Assembly (NCBI RefSeq): GCF_002113885.1
Contig: NW_018407426.1
Coordinates: 809,938-873,937, forward strand
Origin: Mizuhopecten yessoensis
Lineage: Eukaryota
Direction of reading: 5' to 3'
DNA length: 64,000 nt
Shown here: positions 10,931 through 24,399 of the stretch, one piece after another
How positions within the stretch are numbered: position 1 is the first letter of the stretch
Layout of the letters: each line of letters begins with the position of its first letter
Position numbers and translations under genes: made by a program
The notes under the pieces: generated by a model
Seen by the model: only the letters and a program-made list of their open reading frames with translations
Databases searched by the model: none
What the model was told of the DNA's origin: nothing

Positions 10931-12287
10931 AATAATCATAATAATAATTGGAGGTTCTTACATACCGCTTTATCACAACCTAGTTCGTAGGTCGTCTCAA
11001 AGCGGTTCACAAATTATTATCCATGGTCATAGGGCCTTTGCAACCAGCTAATATCTTAACAATGCCTCACGTTTGGCCTTTAGTTGAGCGTTCGCCCCTG
11101 TGAGGAAGGCTTTGGGTTCTGTCCCCTGTCCGAGAGTTTCTACTCCTGCTTAGCGGTCAGCAATTTAGGAGTGGGACGACTGGTTCGCCCGTTGTCAGTA
11201 TAATGTGACCGTTTGTGGTGTCCTGCTGGGTGTCTTCGGCAGTATGTTTCAGTGAGGTAGCACTATAAAGTCGGCATCAGTTCCGCGCTATCACAAGGAG
11301 ACAAACACGAATATATCGCAGCCTCCCAAAACACACACGCATAGACTACACGAATTTCATATTTTCCGCGTTTCGGAGAATAGCGGAAAATAATTGTCCT
11401 ATAGGTAAGGTATTCGGGTGTTTTCGTCGGGTATCGTAGGTCTGAATTATTGTCCAATGAGAGAGTGACGCGTTGTACGCACGTGCAAGGTAGGAAAGTG
11501 TGGTAGGGCAAACGAGGAATTGGTCATTCTAGCCGTGGACACCAGGGCGTAGTCAAGCAAAATTTATATGAGTAGAATTATTGGGGTTTTTTTTGTTTCA
11601 AGTTTAAATCTATATTACACTAATAACAGGGAATGCATATGTAATATCGGCTAACGTGATAGAAATCCAACGCACCGAGCTTTAAGCATTGAGGGTTGGT
11701 ACACCTCCTGTTTTCCGTGAAGGTTTTTTCAGGTTGGGTGGCTCGCTTAGCTCATTAGTTTTTAATACTTGACGGTCATTTGTGCGACTTAAGTGTGTTG
11801 TAAGAGAGGGCTCTTCATTATACCAAGATATTATGAATTATGTGTAACAGATCGATCTCCATGTCAGTGGATATGTAATACATGTAATAAACGCCGGACG
11901 CCCTATTGTACACTCTGGCTAATTGCAGGGAATTGTTTGAGTTATTCTTGGGAGAGGAGTTTATAGAGGACTGCATCTTGAACACAGGGGAGGCCGTCCT
12001 TAAATAACCATAGCTGTTGATAAGACGTTAAACAATACTAAACCAAACCAAACCAAACTTTCACAACTCCCTTGGGAGCATATAGCCGGTGCTGCCATTT
12101 CGGCCCACAGCTATCATTCAACAATTCTAGCACTGTCCAACCACGTACTCATTTACAGCTGAGTAGACTGGAACAAGCAGAGTAAAGTATATTGCTCAAA
12201 GATACAACACAGTGCTGTGACGTGACTCGAACACGCAACCATTCGGTCACGAGTTCGACGTCCTACCACTAGACTACCGTGTCACCT
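10931..12287 (-). mobile_element. tRNA-derived SINE (CORE/Deu-like body, L2-like (TTA)n tail), split by a ~1-kb insertion
   Basis: 10931-11053 plus 12058-12287 rejoin to match the uninterrupted copy at 48638-48928. Minus-strand head has A box TAGTCTAGTGG and B box GTTCGAGTC. Confidence 0.8.
11064..12057 (+). mobile_element. Meta-SINE-like element, itself interrupted at ~11342-11985
   Basis: tRNA-like head; central GACGACTGGTTCGCCCGTTGTCAGTATAATGTGACC...CAGTGAGGTAGCACTATAAA (recalled Meta domain). Tail CGTCCTTAAATAACCATAGCTGTTGATAAGACGTTAAAC(AAACC)n at 11988-12057 is shared with the SINE at 51199. Confidence 0.6.
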
Positions 12288-12299
12288 ATAATGGTTGCT

Positions 12300-14350
12300 A
12301 TATCAAAGATAATTCCTAGTCGCTGAATATTGACCTCCTTGTGAATGTGTACTCTATTTGTACTTAATTCATTAGGTCATGATGGCAGGGTAGATTTAAC
12401 GGGTAACCCAGTCGGCGCCTGGCTATAAACAAAATGTCATTGACATTTATAATGATGGCCTTGTAGTTTGAGGAGGTTTACGATCAATCGCCAGTCAGTA
12501 TGATGTTATGCGATGACCCATATGTGACAATGATCTCCCTTATTTCGTGTCTCATCTATCTTAACAGTTAAGTGTCAATGAAAGATGGTGGTCGTCGGCG
12601 TTAACTGCTCCATCGTATTGTAGATTGTTTCTGTTCCGCCGACGATCATCCATTTGTATACCATTTTCGTATATTTATGTTGGCAGTGTAGGTTCATCAT
12701 AATCTACACATTTGTTGTGGAGTTGTATTTTGAGGAACATTTCACTAAGGCTCTTTTGGGTTATTTGGGCATATGTTTGATTACTCATTGAGGTTGTGTT
12801 GGTGCCGTACTTTAAGGGATGGGGAAGGCTTCATCATCTGTCTTAGATGTTAAATCGTGTCCTGAAATTGGACTTGTGGCTTTTCTGATGAAGAAGTAGT
12901 CAAAGTCATTGGTTAGGTTGTTGAGAAGTGTGTCCAAACAGGGATTCGTGTTGGTCGATGCACTCCGAATTGGAGGTTTATTTTGATTCTGGTAAACATG
13001 ATGCTTGGTCACTACCCGATGAATCGGTCGGATAATCTGTCTCTGTCGCAGATAGATATTGCAATTCTCCCTGTGTGGTGTTGGTGTTTCTTGCTGAAGA
13101 CGCAATCTTATTCCGCCTTGGTACAAAAATGATAATGACATGTCTTCGGTCGCATCTTTAGCGTCGGCTATTCTGTTGTTATATTGATGTCAGTTGTAGT
13201 ACACTTTAATATATCAGTATGTGAAGTTATACAATTTCTATATCTGCATAGAGTTTGCTCATATTGTGATGTCTAATACTTTTTTCTATTAAGGGTATTG
13301 CTTTGGTATTGGTATTTGTAGAGGTCGTTAACGGGTTGATATTATGTATTTATTGTTGCAGTTCTTGTGGCATCCTCTTTTTATATGGTTTGGTATCATA
13401 ATTCAATCATTTTACCACAGAAGGCTTAAAGCTGTGCAAAGGAAGTTTCTTTATTTCATTTATGAATCTCACAATCAAAAAGTGCACAAAGTTATATTAA
13501 AACACAACAATCGTTAATATAACCGTTCTTCGAACTAAAATTGAACTAGGACAAAATTTTAAAAAGGGAAAGATTTTCATGGGGACCCTTACAAAACTAC
13601 AAAGATAATAAGACCAGGTGTTCTGGAATCGTAAGCGTCCTCTCTTCTTAGTTTCACCATGTTGAGGTAAATTTCTAACATGATCAGACGATTTGCATTG
13701 GAATACAAACTGTTCTTGGTATGTTCACAATGGTCAACCAATTAACATGTCCCTTTGACTGTGTTTTTACTTAAACTTTTTTACGTTTGGTTTGCGACAA
13801 AGAAGTCCTTTATCCACCATAAGCTTTTATATAGAGCCTGGCCACAGCCCCAGGTGTGATCACCTCTCGTCGTTATGACTGGGTTTAGCATCCTGGTGCG
13901 TTTGAAGAGACCAACAGGTTTCAAGAGAACCATGTGTTTATGCTTGTAGTAATATTTTGTCATTTTAATGCTTTATGGGTACTTTTCTCGCGTGTTGTTT
14001 CTATTTTGTTGCCTATGGTGGATTGTCCAATGTTGCGATGGAGTCGAGGAGTCTATATCTGAAAATTACCCGTTTTACTTGCAGAACAAGATACTGTTTG
14101 CGATTTCGCAAATCCGTGATGTTCTGGATCTGGAGGTTTTTGCCAACGCCATAATCTGTTTAACAAAAAAAGGCTTGTAATGTTTCCAAGTGAATCGACA
14201 ATGTATATGTTTCGGGTTGTTGATACGGTGGTCATATTGATACATTGGTGACGCCCGGAATATCTACTAGGTATCCGGAGACAGTGTAATCATTATGTAT
14301 GCCGACGATGTCTTTCCAGTTGTTTTGGTGTCGCTTTCTTTCCTCCTGGT
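12300..14350 (-). mobile_element. Highly degenerate non-LTR retrotransposon (I/Nimb-like?)
   Basis: Minus-strand peptide RMLNP..TRGDHTWGCGQALYKSL (ORF 13781-13963) resembles the post-RT xNLLRxLxGxxWGxxxxxLxxLYKSL motif. A possible RNase H remnant (HIWVIA) lies at ~12510-12530. Many stops. Confidence 0.3.
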
Positions 14351-16186
14351 CTTCTTTCTTTTTGTATCAACTTTGAGTTGAGTCACGTGACTTTGGGCGC
14401 TACTTGGGGCGGGGCTTGCAAGATTGAATTTGTCAATGTATGCAGTTTGTTGTGGAATTTGTTTCTAATGTAGAACTATGTGGTCATTTTAATCTGGTAC
14501 TTACGTGATACTGTATTGAATATTATTTTGAATATACGATCACTCAATCATCTAAAATAACTACCATAAAGTGACAGTTAAAACACTTAAGAAGTGGAAT
14601 GATCGAAATTCTACAACGCCTTCGATGTAACGACACTTTTCATTGGATAATAACCATGTATTATTCGACGATAAACAACGCGCGAGCTTGAAATATTTTC
14701 CAACTGACCATGCACGTGCAACGCTCTTCCAAAAGCTCACCCACAAATGTAGACAAGCGAGCCACTGGTCTGGATTTTCTTTGTTGAATGAGGGTAAACG
14801 AGTAAATGTATTTGAAGAATTGCTAGCAGGCAATCAGAAAAGTTTCTTTTAAACCTCTTGATCTACTTTAAACCTGTTAAGCTCACGGTCAGAATATTCC
14901 GTCGAACCTTACGCGAAGTTGACGTGAAATGATTTTTGTAAATCTTTCTCAAATGCTGAGATCATCTGTTGACGAGATATGTCAATAGATAGGTATTTTT
15001 GATTGACTGAAATAAACATCTGGTATAAAGCATTGCGTCAGTGATTATTGGTGTCCTCTGTCGACCAAATGGCAACTGCAAATCTTACATACATAGTCCT
15101 TTATCCATGTTACATGTAAATAGACAAAATCAGACAACTGTCCATAGCGTGCAGACATGATAAAAAAACGTGCATATTGTTGTGAATGAAGACATATAGT
15201 CATCATGTGACGAGTGTTTGCACGCGCAAAAGATCCACATTGCTCATTATAGACATATGGACACTGATGAAGACACGAAAAAGACTTTAATTTCATTCTA
15301 CTAGGTAGAATTGATAAAATCAACATATGTTTAAACTAATGGGAAAAATCACTTTGTTTTGTAATAAAGAAATAAATAATAAATAAATAAATTCGTAAGT
15401 GAATGCATATTTATTGAAACAGTATGGGTGTAACTATTCCCATTTGTATATATATTAATACACATTACAGAATAGGCAAAATTGCAGTCAGAATTGTAAA
15501 AAGTAATCAAAATATGAACAAAATAGTAACACAATTATTTTCACCAAACCCAATTTATTGTAAGATGTCTTGCTTGCGAGTTACTAAGTGGCATTAAGCT
15601 AGGATTTAGCCATCCATTGATTGGGCAGCAGCGTGTTTAATTAAATCTCTATTCCAAAGTGCTATCCATGTTCTTCTATTATTGATTCCGGTTATTTGCT
15701 AATGACACCGCATCATTAACTGACGGCCCTAGGCCTGTGATGGGCAATCAGTCAGCAGTGCTGTCTGCTACCTGGTTCAGGGTAATGGCCTAGCGTCATA
15801 CAAGTAGACCTAACAAAGACAACTTTCAACAGGCACGCTATGTTTTAGCTGTAGTTTACAACTTTGTTGTCGTGAGGGATTACCTAACAACCGCTAATGA
15901 TAGTTCGTAAATAGACTGCTGCTTTATTTTCGTCCCACGATATTAGGCCACATTTAACACGGAAATGAAATATAGGGTGTTCCTTTATCAGACAAAGCCG
16001 TAAAGTATAAATGAGGAAGTTCAAAACAAGGCGAATTGGTTCTAAACAGTCAACAACAAAATAACGGTCATTGGTTAAAATTAACACGATATAAAAGTGT
16101 TTTAAGAATGTTAAAAAACGTAATCTTAAGTTATGATTGTCTTTATTTATAAGTGATGCTGGACACTATCACCAACTCACTATGAT

Positions 16187-16565
16187 CCTTTGGATTGGTT
16201 TATTTGTGCTTTACGTCCTGTTAACAGCTATGGTCATGCAAGGACGAGCTAGATTTTGGCATCCTCGATATCTAGGGGTTACGCTCACTCTCGCTTTCTA
16301 CACCCTTAGAATATGTCATAGCAAAATTGAAGGCTCGGTGTGCGCCACCATGTTGATGAGACAAGAAGACTAGTTAGATCCTTTGAAATACATCAAAAGA
16401 ATCTCGCGGTCACGTAACGGTAAAAATTGACAGGCTTTGAAGTCGGACGTTTCTCCTTCGTAATCTTCAAAGGACAAAACCAACCGAAATTCGGCCAGTA
16501 ACAAGCGACTGCTCAAACCTGGACCCAGTGGTGGAGGGCTAGTGATCGAAGACAGGTGGACGCCT
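16187..16565 (-). mobile_element. tRNA-derived SINE sharing head and tail with the 51199 SINE but with a different middle
   Basis: Reverse-complement tail TTACGTCCTGTTAACAGCTATGGTCAT..AAGGACG at ~16211-16247; head CCAGTGGTGGAGGGCTAGTG at ~16525-16544. Confidence 0.55.
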
Positions 16566-17514
16566 ATAGCAATCCCCCCCCCCTCCCCACCATCCNAGGA
16601 TGGACATTTGAATATATACAGACATCAGACGTATGCTCAGTGTAGAATTGAATGTATTTTTCTGCTTATGATATACAGTTTTAGGACAGATTAACATGGA
16701 AACCCTTGACAATGTACAAGTACAATATGACCAGGTGTTCCGAAAGGACAGACGTCTTCTGCTTCATCGATGATACCCGGCATGTAAATCTAGGTCAAAT
16801 CCAAGTAAAGTGACTTCCTTTCATCGAATCTCGGGGAGTGACAACAAAACCACAAGGAACACACATTAGCATAAACAAAAGCATCGACTTTCATATCAAC
16901 AAAACAGGAAAGCTTTGATGTTACAACCAAGATAGGGAAAGTTTAAGACCGAAACAAAATCGTCTTCTTGCTTAATGTACATCTTAGGAGTACTACATAT
17001 ATCTATGCTCCTTCGTTAAGCTTGATATTCAGTGAATGCTTTGGCATCACGTAAAACTTGTAAATATGTATAGCTATATATTTAGAGGTTTCTAACCCAT
17101 ATTGCTTCATATCTGCATATGTATTGGTCTACTTTACACATGGAGTTTATTTTCTTTCTTTAGACAATTGCTAAATTGATTATTTAGACCAATAAAAGGA
17201 AATCACCACTTGTTTTGCCACGGATGTGAAATCAATGTCATCATATTTCTTTTTTTGCCTATTCTATTGTCACATTTGGTGACAACACACATATTATACA
17301 TAGAAAGTGTATGGTGTTATTACACTACATAACAGTCTGGGTTTATGATATAACCTGATGTGTTCATTAAATACCATAGTGACACAATATCAGACTTAAA
17401 CATTAATTATCAATGTGATCAAAATAAGGTAGCTGATTTATGAGCATAAGTAGTTATTTAATGCATATTTCGTGGAAAAAAAATAAATGAATTAAATAAA
17501 TGTATTATGTACTG

Positions 17515-17519
17515 TTAAA

Positions 17520-17551
<32 letters not shown>

Positions 17552-17566
17552 TTTTTTTTTTTTTTA

Positions 17567-17599
<33 letters not shown>

Positions 17600-17617
17600 T
17601 TAAATAAAAAAAAAAAT
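17515..17617. repeat. A/T homopolymer low-complexity tract
   Basis: About 100 bp of almost pure A and T runs. Confidence 0.9.
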
Positions 17618-19461
17618 GCTTTCATCGTCTTCGCCTCGGTTAATGATTGATTTTTTGCAAGAGAAGTTGCTATTTCCATGTCATACGTGTATGTTATAAG
17701 ATTGAGACAGGCGGTCTCTCCATCAGGCCACATATGTATTGTTCTGGGTGCTGTAAACACTTCGTTGCTATATCGATCTACAATGTACTTAATAGACTCA
17801 GATTAGCATTGAAAGCCAACAGTTGTGTCAACAAAGGGTGTCGTAAAACAAATGCCTTATCAATTAGCGCTGTGAAAGTGAACGACGGAGACGATAAAGC
17901 CGCGACACTGCACAGGCCAACTTTGTACATTTAAAAACTGCTCGACATCTTATAGGCCTAGGTTATAAAACTGGAACTTATATGAACGTTCTATATTGTT
18001 TAACTTGTGAGCACATGAAGATCTTTGGAACATTCAAGCAGTGTGATTAAAGGTCATTCAGCTGGAATACAATTGTAGCATTAGAATATTGGGATAGATA
18101 ATTCCTTCGAAAGTTATGATGCATTACATTGGAGCATACAGGAAGTTTATGAAGAAATTGAATTGCCGAAAGATTTGATTTTAGACAGTTTGATATTACA
18201 ACTATTGACTTGCTGATCTTAAAGACTTGTGAGATACATGAATTGTGATGCTAATGAAGGATCGATGCTTTGTGATTGAAAATTGGGAAAGCATGCAAAG
18301 TAAGCTTCCATTGACTCTGTTCGTTCGTTTGGCAGTTCAGTTGTGCCTGCATAACTGCTTAAGCGCTTATCTTACTACTGGAACTCACAAAATATAGGCC
18401 GATACGAGTCCTGATTAAGATTTAATAAAAAAATATCACTGGAACATTCAAGCTGTGGGGCGATACATATCCCTCATGGATATGTAATGCTTATACCACT
18501 GGAACAAAACGCTACGTATAGTTGAAAAAAAGAATATTTAATTAGTTATTATTTAGTACTTTTTCAAGTGAAACAGTTATGGTGATAAAGTGCATTTCCG
18601 ATGGGAATATTTTGACAGTTGTATCTACAAATGTTGAATCTGGATATAACTAATATAAGCTGTTGTGTAATTCTAAACTGGACTGATAGTTTCACCTGTG
18701 TCGGTCAAGCAACAAAAGGAAACGCCACGGATAGTTTAGAATCGTCTATAAACCGAACCCACGTGACAGCGTCCGTCTGTAAACTTATCCCACAGCTGTT
18801 ATCATATGTCAATCAATACACTTTAACCAAAGGCAGAAATTTCCACGTGGACCAATATATAGGAAATGATATAACAGACGAGCTCAAACTGTAAGGCCAG
18901 CGCAATACATCTCAAGAGTAAACGCTGAATACAGAGCCTTCATCACATGCTCGCCAACACATACTGAAAAAAATAGACATCTTCATTAGAAATCCAGCGA
19001 GAATTGTTTATCACAACTGATAACGTAATCACATTGGTACAGGTAATACCGATATAAAATTGTGAAAAACGAACACCACATCAAGTGAAAAAATGTTGAT
19101 CTCGATTTAAGACGTCATCACGCAGATGCCAGTTATAATCGCTGATAAAAAAAATCGAAACCGATATCAACTGCGCATAATAGACGACTCAATGCAGAAA
19201 GCGCATGTATATGCAAATTTGCTAAAAATATTCGTGCATGATACTATATGAAAAATACGTGAGCATTCTGATGGGAAGAAAATTGCAAAGGTACGTCATT
19301 TTCATGAAGAGTGAATCTGTGGATTTGGTTTGACGTCACAATGCTGACTAAGTGATCGAAGAGGCAATGATACCGGAGCAAGCCTTTATTGGCTCTAGGT
19401 ATGTGGTTAGACCCTTTATTACTGCTGTATATCATTCTGCCTAGGAGGGAGCTGATAAACC

Positions 19462-20715
19462 AGTGTAATTACTGACACCTTATGACCAGGGACACACGAG
19501 TACGCTCTGGGACATTAGTTGTGACGTTGTGTTAAGTAACTCGTGTTATCACTGACACCTTATGACCAGGGACACACTAGTACGCTCTGGGACATTAGTT
19601 GTGACGTTGTGTTAAATAACTCGTGTTATTATTGACACCTGATGCCCAGGGAGACACTAGTACGCTCTAGGACATTAGTTGTGACGTTGTGTTAAGTAAC
19701 TCGTGTTATTATTGACATCTTATGACCAGGGAGACACTAGTACGCTCTGGGACATTAGTTGTGACGTTGTGTCAAGTAACTCGTGTTATTATTGACACCT
19801 TATGACCAGGGACACACGAGTACACAGTGGGACATTAGTTGTGACGTTGTGTTAAGTAACTCGTGTTATTACTGACACCTTATGACCAGGGAGACACAAG
19901 TACACAGTAGGACATTAGTTGTGACGTTGTGTTAAATAACTCGTGTTATTACTGACACCTTATGACCAGGGAGACACAAGTACACAGTAGGACATTAGTT
20001 GTGACGTTGTGTTAAATAACTCGTGTTATTATTGACGCCTTATGACCAGGGACACACGAGTACACAGTGGGACATTAGTTGTGACGTTGTGTTAAATAAC
20101 TCGTGTTATTATTGACACCTTATGACCAGGGACACACGAGTACACAGTGGGACATTAGTTGTGACGTTGTGTTAAGTAACTCGTGTTGTTATTGACACCT
20201 TATGACCAGGGACACACGAGTACGCTCTGGGACATTAGTTGTGACGTTGTGTTAAGTAACTCGTGTTATTATTGACACCTTATGACCAGGGACACACGAG
20301 TACGCTCTGGGTACATTAGTTGTGACGTTGTGTTAAGTAACTCGTGTTATTATTGATACCTTATGTCCAGGGACATTAGTTGTGACGTTGTGTTAAATAA
20401 CTCGTGTTATTATTGACACCTTATGACAAGGGACACACTAGAACGCGCTAGGACATTAGTTGTGACGTTGTGTTAAGTAACTCGTGTTATTACTGACACC
20501 TTATGACCAGGGACACACGAGTACGCTCTGTGACATTAGTTGTGACGTTCTGTTAAGTAACCCGTGTAATTATTGACACTTTATTACCAGGAACACACGA
20601 GTACACCTTGGGAAATTTAGTTGTAACGTTGTGTCAAATTACCCGTGTAATTATTGACACGCTTGACCAAAGGCATACTAGCATACACTAGGACATTTAG
20701 TTGTAAAATTGTTTC
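19462..20715. repeat. 80-bp minisatellite, ~15.5 copies
   Basis: Unit ACTGACACCTTATGACCAGGGACACACGAGTACGCTCTGGGACATTAGTTGTGACGTTGTGTTAAGTAACTCGTGTTATT starting at 19471, 19551, 19631 ... 20271. One 81-bp and one 60-bp unit follow; the right end decays. Confidence 0.95.
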
Positions 20716-22292
20716 AATAGTCGGACTTAAAAACCTTACCGTTTTCAAAAGCTGTTATAAAAAAAATCGGTATTGTAAACTTTGAATCTTTTATCCTAAT
20801 ATCCAAACAATATATATCTATTAAGTATTCTTAAAAAAATAATAATATTTTTTTCTTTCCAAATGGTGACCATAGCAATGCTTTCAATATCTATCATATA
20901 TACCAACCAAAATTAATCAAAGTGAATCAATATGGAATGTCATGTAATTGTAATGTAAATATGGTGATCATACTCATCCATCGGTTCAAATATCCATTGT
21001 GTCCCTTTATTGATGGTTTGATTTTTTTTTACCTAGCCTTCTTTGGAGTTTTAATTATAAAAGAATAATAAGCAATATTTATTGGATCAGGTAAAAAGCT
21101 GTCCCAATCCATTGCAAATACAAAGGCATTATTAAAGGACAAATATTTGAAGACGATGTATACGAAAAGGGTATTAAGTCAGCTTTGGTTATAACCGTGC
21201 TTAGGTAAGAATTCATATCTACAAACGTCGTCAAGAACATTGTCTAAATACTAAAATTGACGTACAATAATTGCCACGATCTGAAATAAGCTTTGTAGCA
21301 TCATGCGTCTAGGTAAGAATTAATTTCAATATTTTTTATCCAATGAAAGGATATTAGTTCTGAAACCAAAGAGCTTCCAACCGGATATGAGCTACGAAAT
21401 GACAGATTTTACAGGGTTTAATGACTATAATGTAATCGATATAATCTCCAGGGCCATTTTATAGTTGCCAGGATACTATTATTGCCATTATTAAAATGTG
21501 CTTGACATACTCGAAGACGCACCACAGAGCAGGTAATAGCTGCATCCCTATTACTGTATATGTTAGCTTAGAATACTAAACCTTGCGGCAGTGATATAGT
21601 GTATGTAAAATGATTAAACCATGGCCTTTTGGTACGTGAATCAAATGTCATCCTTTGTCGCCGGAAGGGGTATAATATTATGTTGCAGCTTCACACATTA
21701 TATAGAAATATCCAATTTGTTGTTAAAGATTGGTGGCTGTAGACGAGGATGCGTTTATACCGCAGGTAGACTATTATGTTACCGCCATCAGCGGGTGTTC
21801 TACATTATCCGAAAATATTCTGGTGTTTATTTATATCATTCTGGATTGTTTTCCACATAATCTGAAAATGCTATCGTGACTATATTTTCAATACCTTTTA
21901 TAATTGTAGTGTCCTATTCTGGTTTTGTTTTATCTCTAATACAGGGGGCGTGACAAACCATCACAGCACGTATACAGTGTGTCTAGATAAGAGTATACGG
22001 CGCCTAGTGTGAAGGTGTCTAACAGAAGGTCATGACAGTGCAAGGACTATAGGAACAATGAAGAACTGACGAGTGAAATCTAAACACACTTTGAACAAAC
22101 CAGTCCCTTGTATATTAGTGTTTTAACAGAAGATCTCAACGGCGTAAGGATTTCAGATAATATGAAACAATTACAAATGAATGCTGAATAATTTTGAAGG
22201 AATCACCCTTAAACGTTTTCAGTGTAAGGGTGTTTGACAAACAATTCCATATGAATACTGAATGATTTTGGAGGAACGAAGTTTGACAAACA

Positions 22293-22430
22293 GTCACATA
22301 GCTGCAAGGATTTGGCCTAGTGTAACGGAGTTTTACAGTCTGTCACATAGCTGTAAGGATTTGGCCTAGTGTAACGGAGTTTAACAGACTGTCACATAGC
22401 TGTAAGGATTTGGCCTAGTGTAACGGAGTT
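22293..22430. repeat. 49-bp tandem repeat, ~3 copies
   Basis: GTCACATAGCTGTAAGGATTTGGCCTAGTGTAACGGAGTTT at 22293, 22342, 22391. The left boundary of the 10.5-kb duplication falls inside it. Confidence 0.85.
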
Positions 22431-23579
22431 ATGCAATGCGTTTCTGATTATATAAAACAATCCCAAATGAAAACTCTATAGTGTTGGAGGAGTCACGAAG
22501 GAAGGTTTATATTAAAACCTTATGTAACGGAGTTTGACAGGCGGTCACAATCCTACCAACACTGTGAAATTTTGGAAGAATCGCCCATGGATGTTTACAT
22601 TTCCTTTTAATAATCAAGTGTATGTGTTTCCAACATTTTCCTGGCATTGAACTTTAAGAAATGTCACCCTAACCATGTACTTAGTGACAACAGTCGTGTG
22701 TATGTCATCAAGTGAAACACCGATAACCTCTTACTGTATTGTAAACACATACGTGTATGTAGCCGGAAGTTGTCATCGCACGTTTGTCGCTTGTCCTTTC
22801 AATCCCTACGCATACTTTTAAAGTGAATACCATAAGTAACGATTGACGCTGGTCGTAAGAACCATCCGCAATGACAACAATACCAGGAAGACATGTGTTA
22901 TTTCGTTACGTCAACTCTAACCAAGAGACATTTGGCAGTGTTACCCAAAACTGATCGTAGACCTAACGTGAGACCGAGGTGCTATCCAATTAACGATCAA
23001 AACCTACACAAAATATAGTATTGTCATAACAGTATAAACTTGACCAAAGAAAGGCCAGGCAATCCGGTTCCTTCGTATATTCATAAAGGCAAAATAGCAG
23101 TGTCTTTGTGATCATTTTTACGTTCGGTAGTAACGTGCGAAAATCTACCATCGAATTTTCTTATGGGAATAAATATAAAGAATCAGTGTTATTCCATTAA
23201 ATAATGACAAATTTTGGGAAACCATTTATTGGAAAGGCATTCACACACTTAACGGTTACCGGTACGTGTTGGCAATGTACATGTGAAAGTCGTTGGGTCG
23301 GAGTATTCTACTGTGTGCTATGATCACTTTAGACTTTGCCCGTTAAAGAGCACCTAATGCGATGGTATTATATTATGCCTGGAAATATAATACATGGAGA
23401 TATTATGTGATTATGCGTTATGTTGGGAGAAAAATGATCAAATAGCGATGCTACATTAGGAAGCTACTTTGAAATATATGTCTTACTTCTGAGTCAGCAT
23501 GCTGTATTTTCTCATTTTGGAAACCTAATTACTTAGAAATGTTACAATCTGTGACAAAGAGGGATTATAAAAACTAGTC

Positions 23580-23787
23580 ATGCCATACACGAACTGTAAT
23601 CTGACAGAGAGTGCGGACTGCGAACGAGATGTCAATGTAGGTATCTCCGTGATGGCTCTGTGTCTAGGAGTCATTTTAGCCCTGTCGGTCGCAGCCAACG
23701 GGATGGTATGCTTCGTCTTTTACCGGAAGTCCAATCTCTTAAGCATCTCGAACAGCTTCGTTCTGAACCTGTCCTGCTCGGAGCTGG
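23580..23787 (+). CDS. GPR161-like class A GPCR, coding exon 1 (N-terminus, TM1, start of TM2), copy 1
   Basis: ATG 23580; N-glycosylation sequon NLT; TM1; FYRKSNLLSISNSFVLNL resembles GPR161 LYKKSYLLTLSNKFVFSL (recalled); donor G|GTAAGA, phase 1. Confidence 0.88.
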
Positions 23788-24399
23788 GTAAGATGTTTAC
23801 TTTATATTATATTACTTTCTTATGAAATATGAAAAATGTCTGTTTAAATTATTAATTTAAAGTAACATGTTCATAAGATATCAAAGGGAAATTCAATCAT
23901 AACAAAAGCGAAATCAAAACATAAATTAACATTTTGTGTTCAACACGACATTGACGAACTTATATCAATTGAAATTGTAAGATCTTTCGTCCTTCTGATA
24001 TGGAACTGTACAAATAGTTATTGTAATTTCAATTTGCATCATAAACTGTGTAGATTTTCTTTTCCCCCCAAAGTATTCTTTTCGTTTTCTGGTCATTTAT
24101 CAAGATATTGTTAAGATTATTTACTGGTAGCCATATATTCACATTCCTTGCATTTGGAGATGTAATAAGCGTTACATTTTGTTTACTTCGTTTTCACTCC
24201 GGTGATTTCATGATTTTATGTTTTTAGGGGTTTTGTAATTCAACTTTTGCGATTTCGCAAAAATCACTTGTTTTAAAGACGAAGATTGCGTACATCTTCT
24301 TCACTACTATGTTTTATATATCCTTCTTTCAACGACTACAATAAGATAATTCCGAAGCGTCAACTAAAAATCGACAAAACTATAGCAAAACATAAACAA

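Noticed and set aside
14298-14312. YADDV reverse-transcriptase motif on the plus strand
   Set aside because: No surrounding ORF or other RT motifs on that strand, and the neighbouring LINE-like signal is on the opposite strand. Likely chance.
17960-18305. TATA box plus GTAAGC donor as a GPCR 5' UTR exon
   Set aside because: Such motifs are common in AT-rich DNA, and I could not fix a matching acceptor.
19462-20715. CRISPR-like regular array
   Set aside because: Whole units repeat with no unique spacers, there are no cas genes, and the context is eukaryotic.
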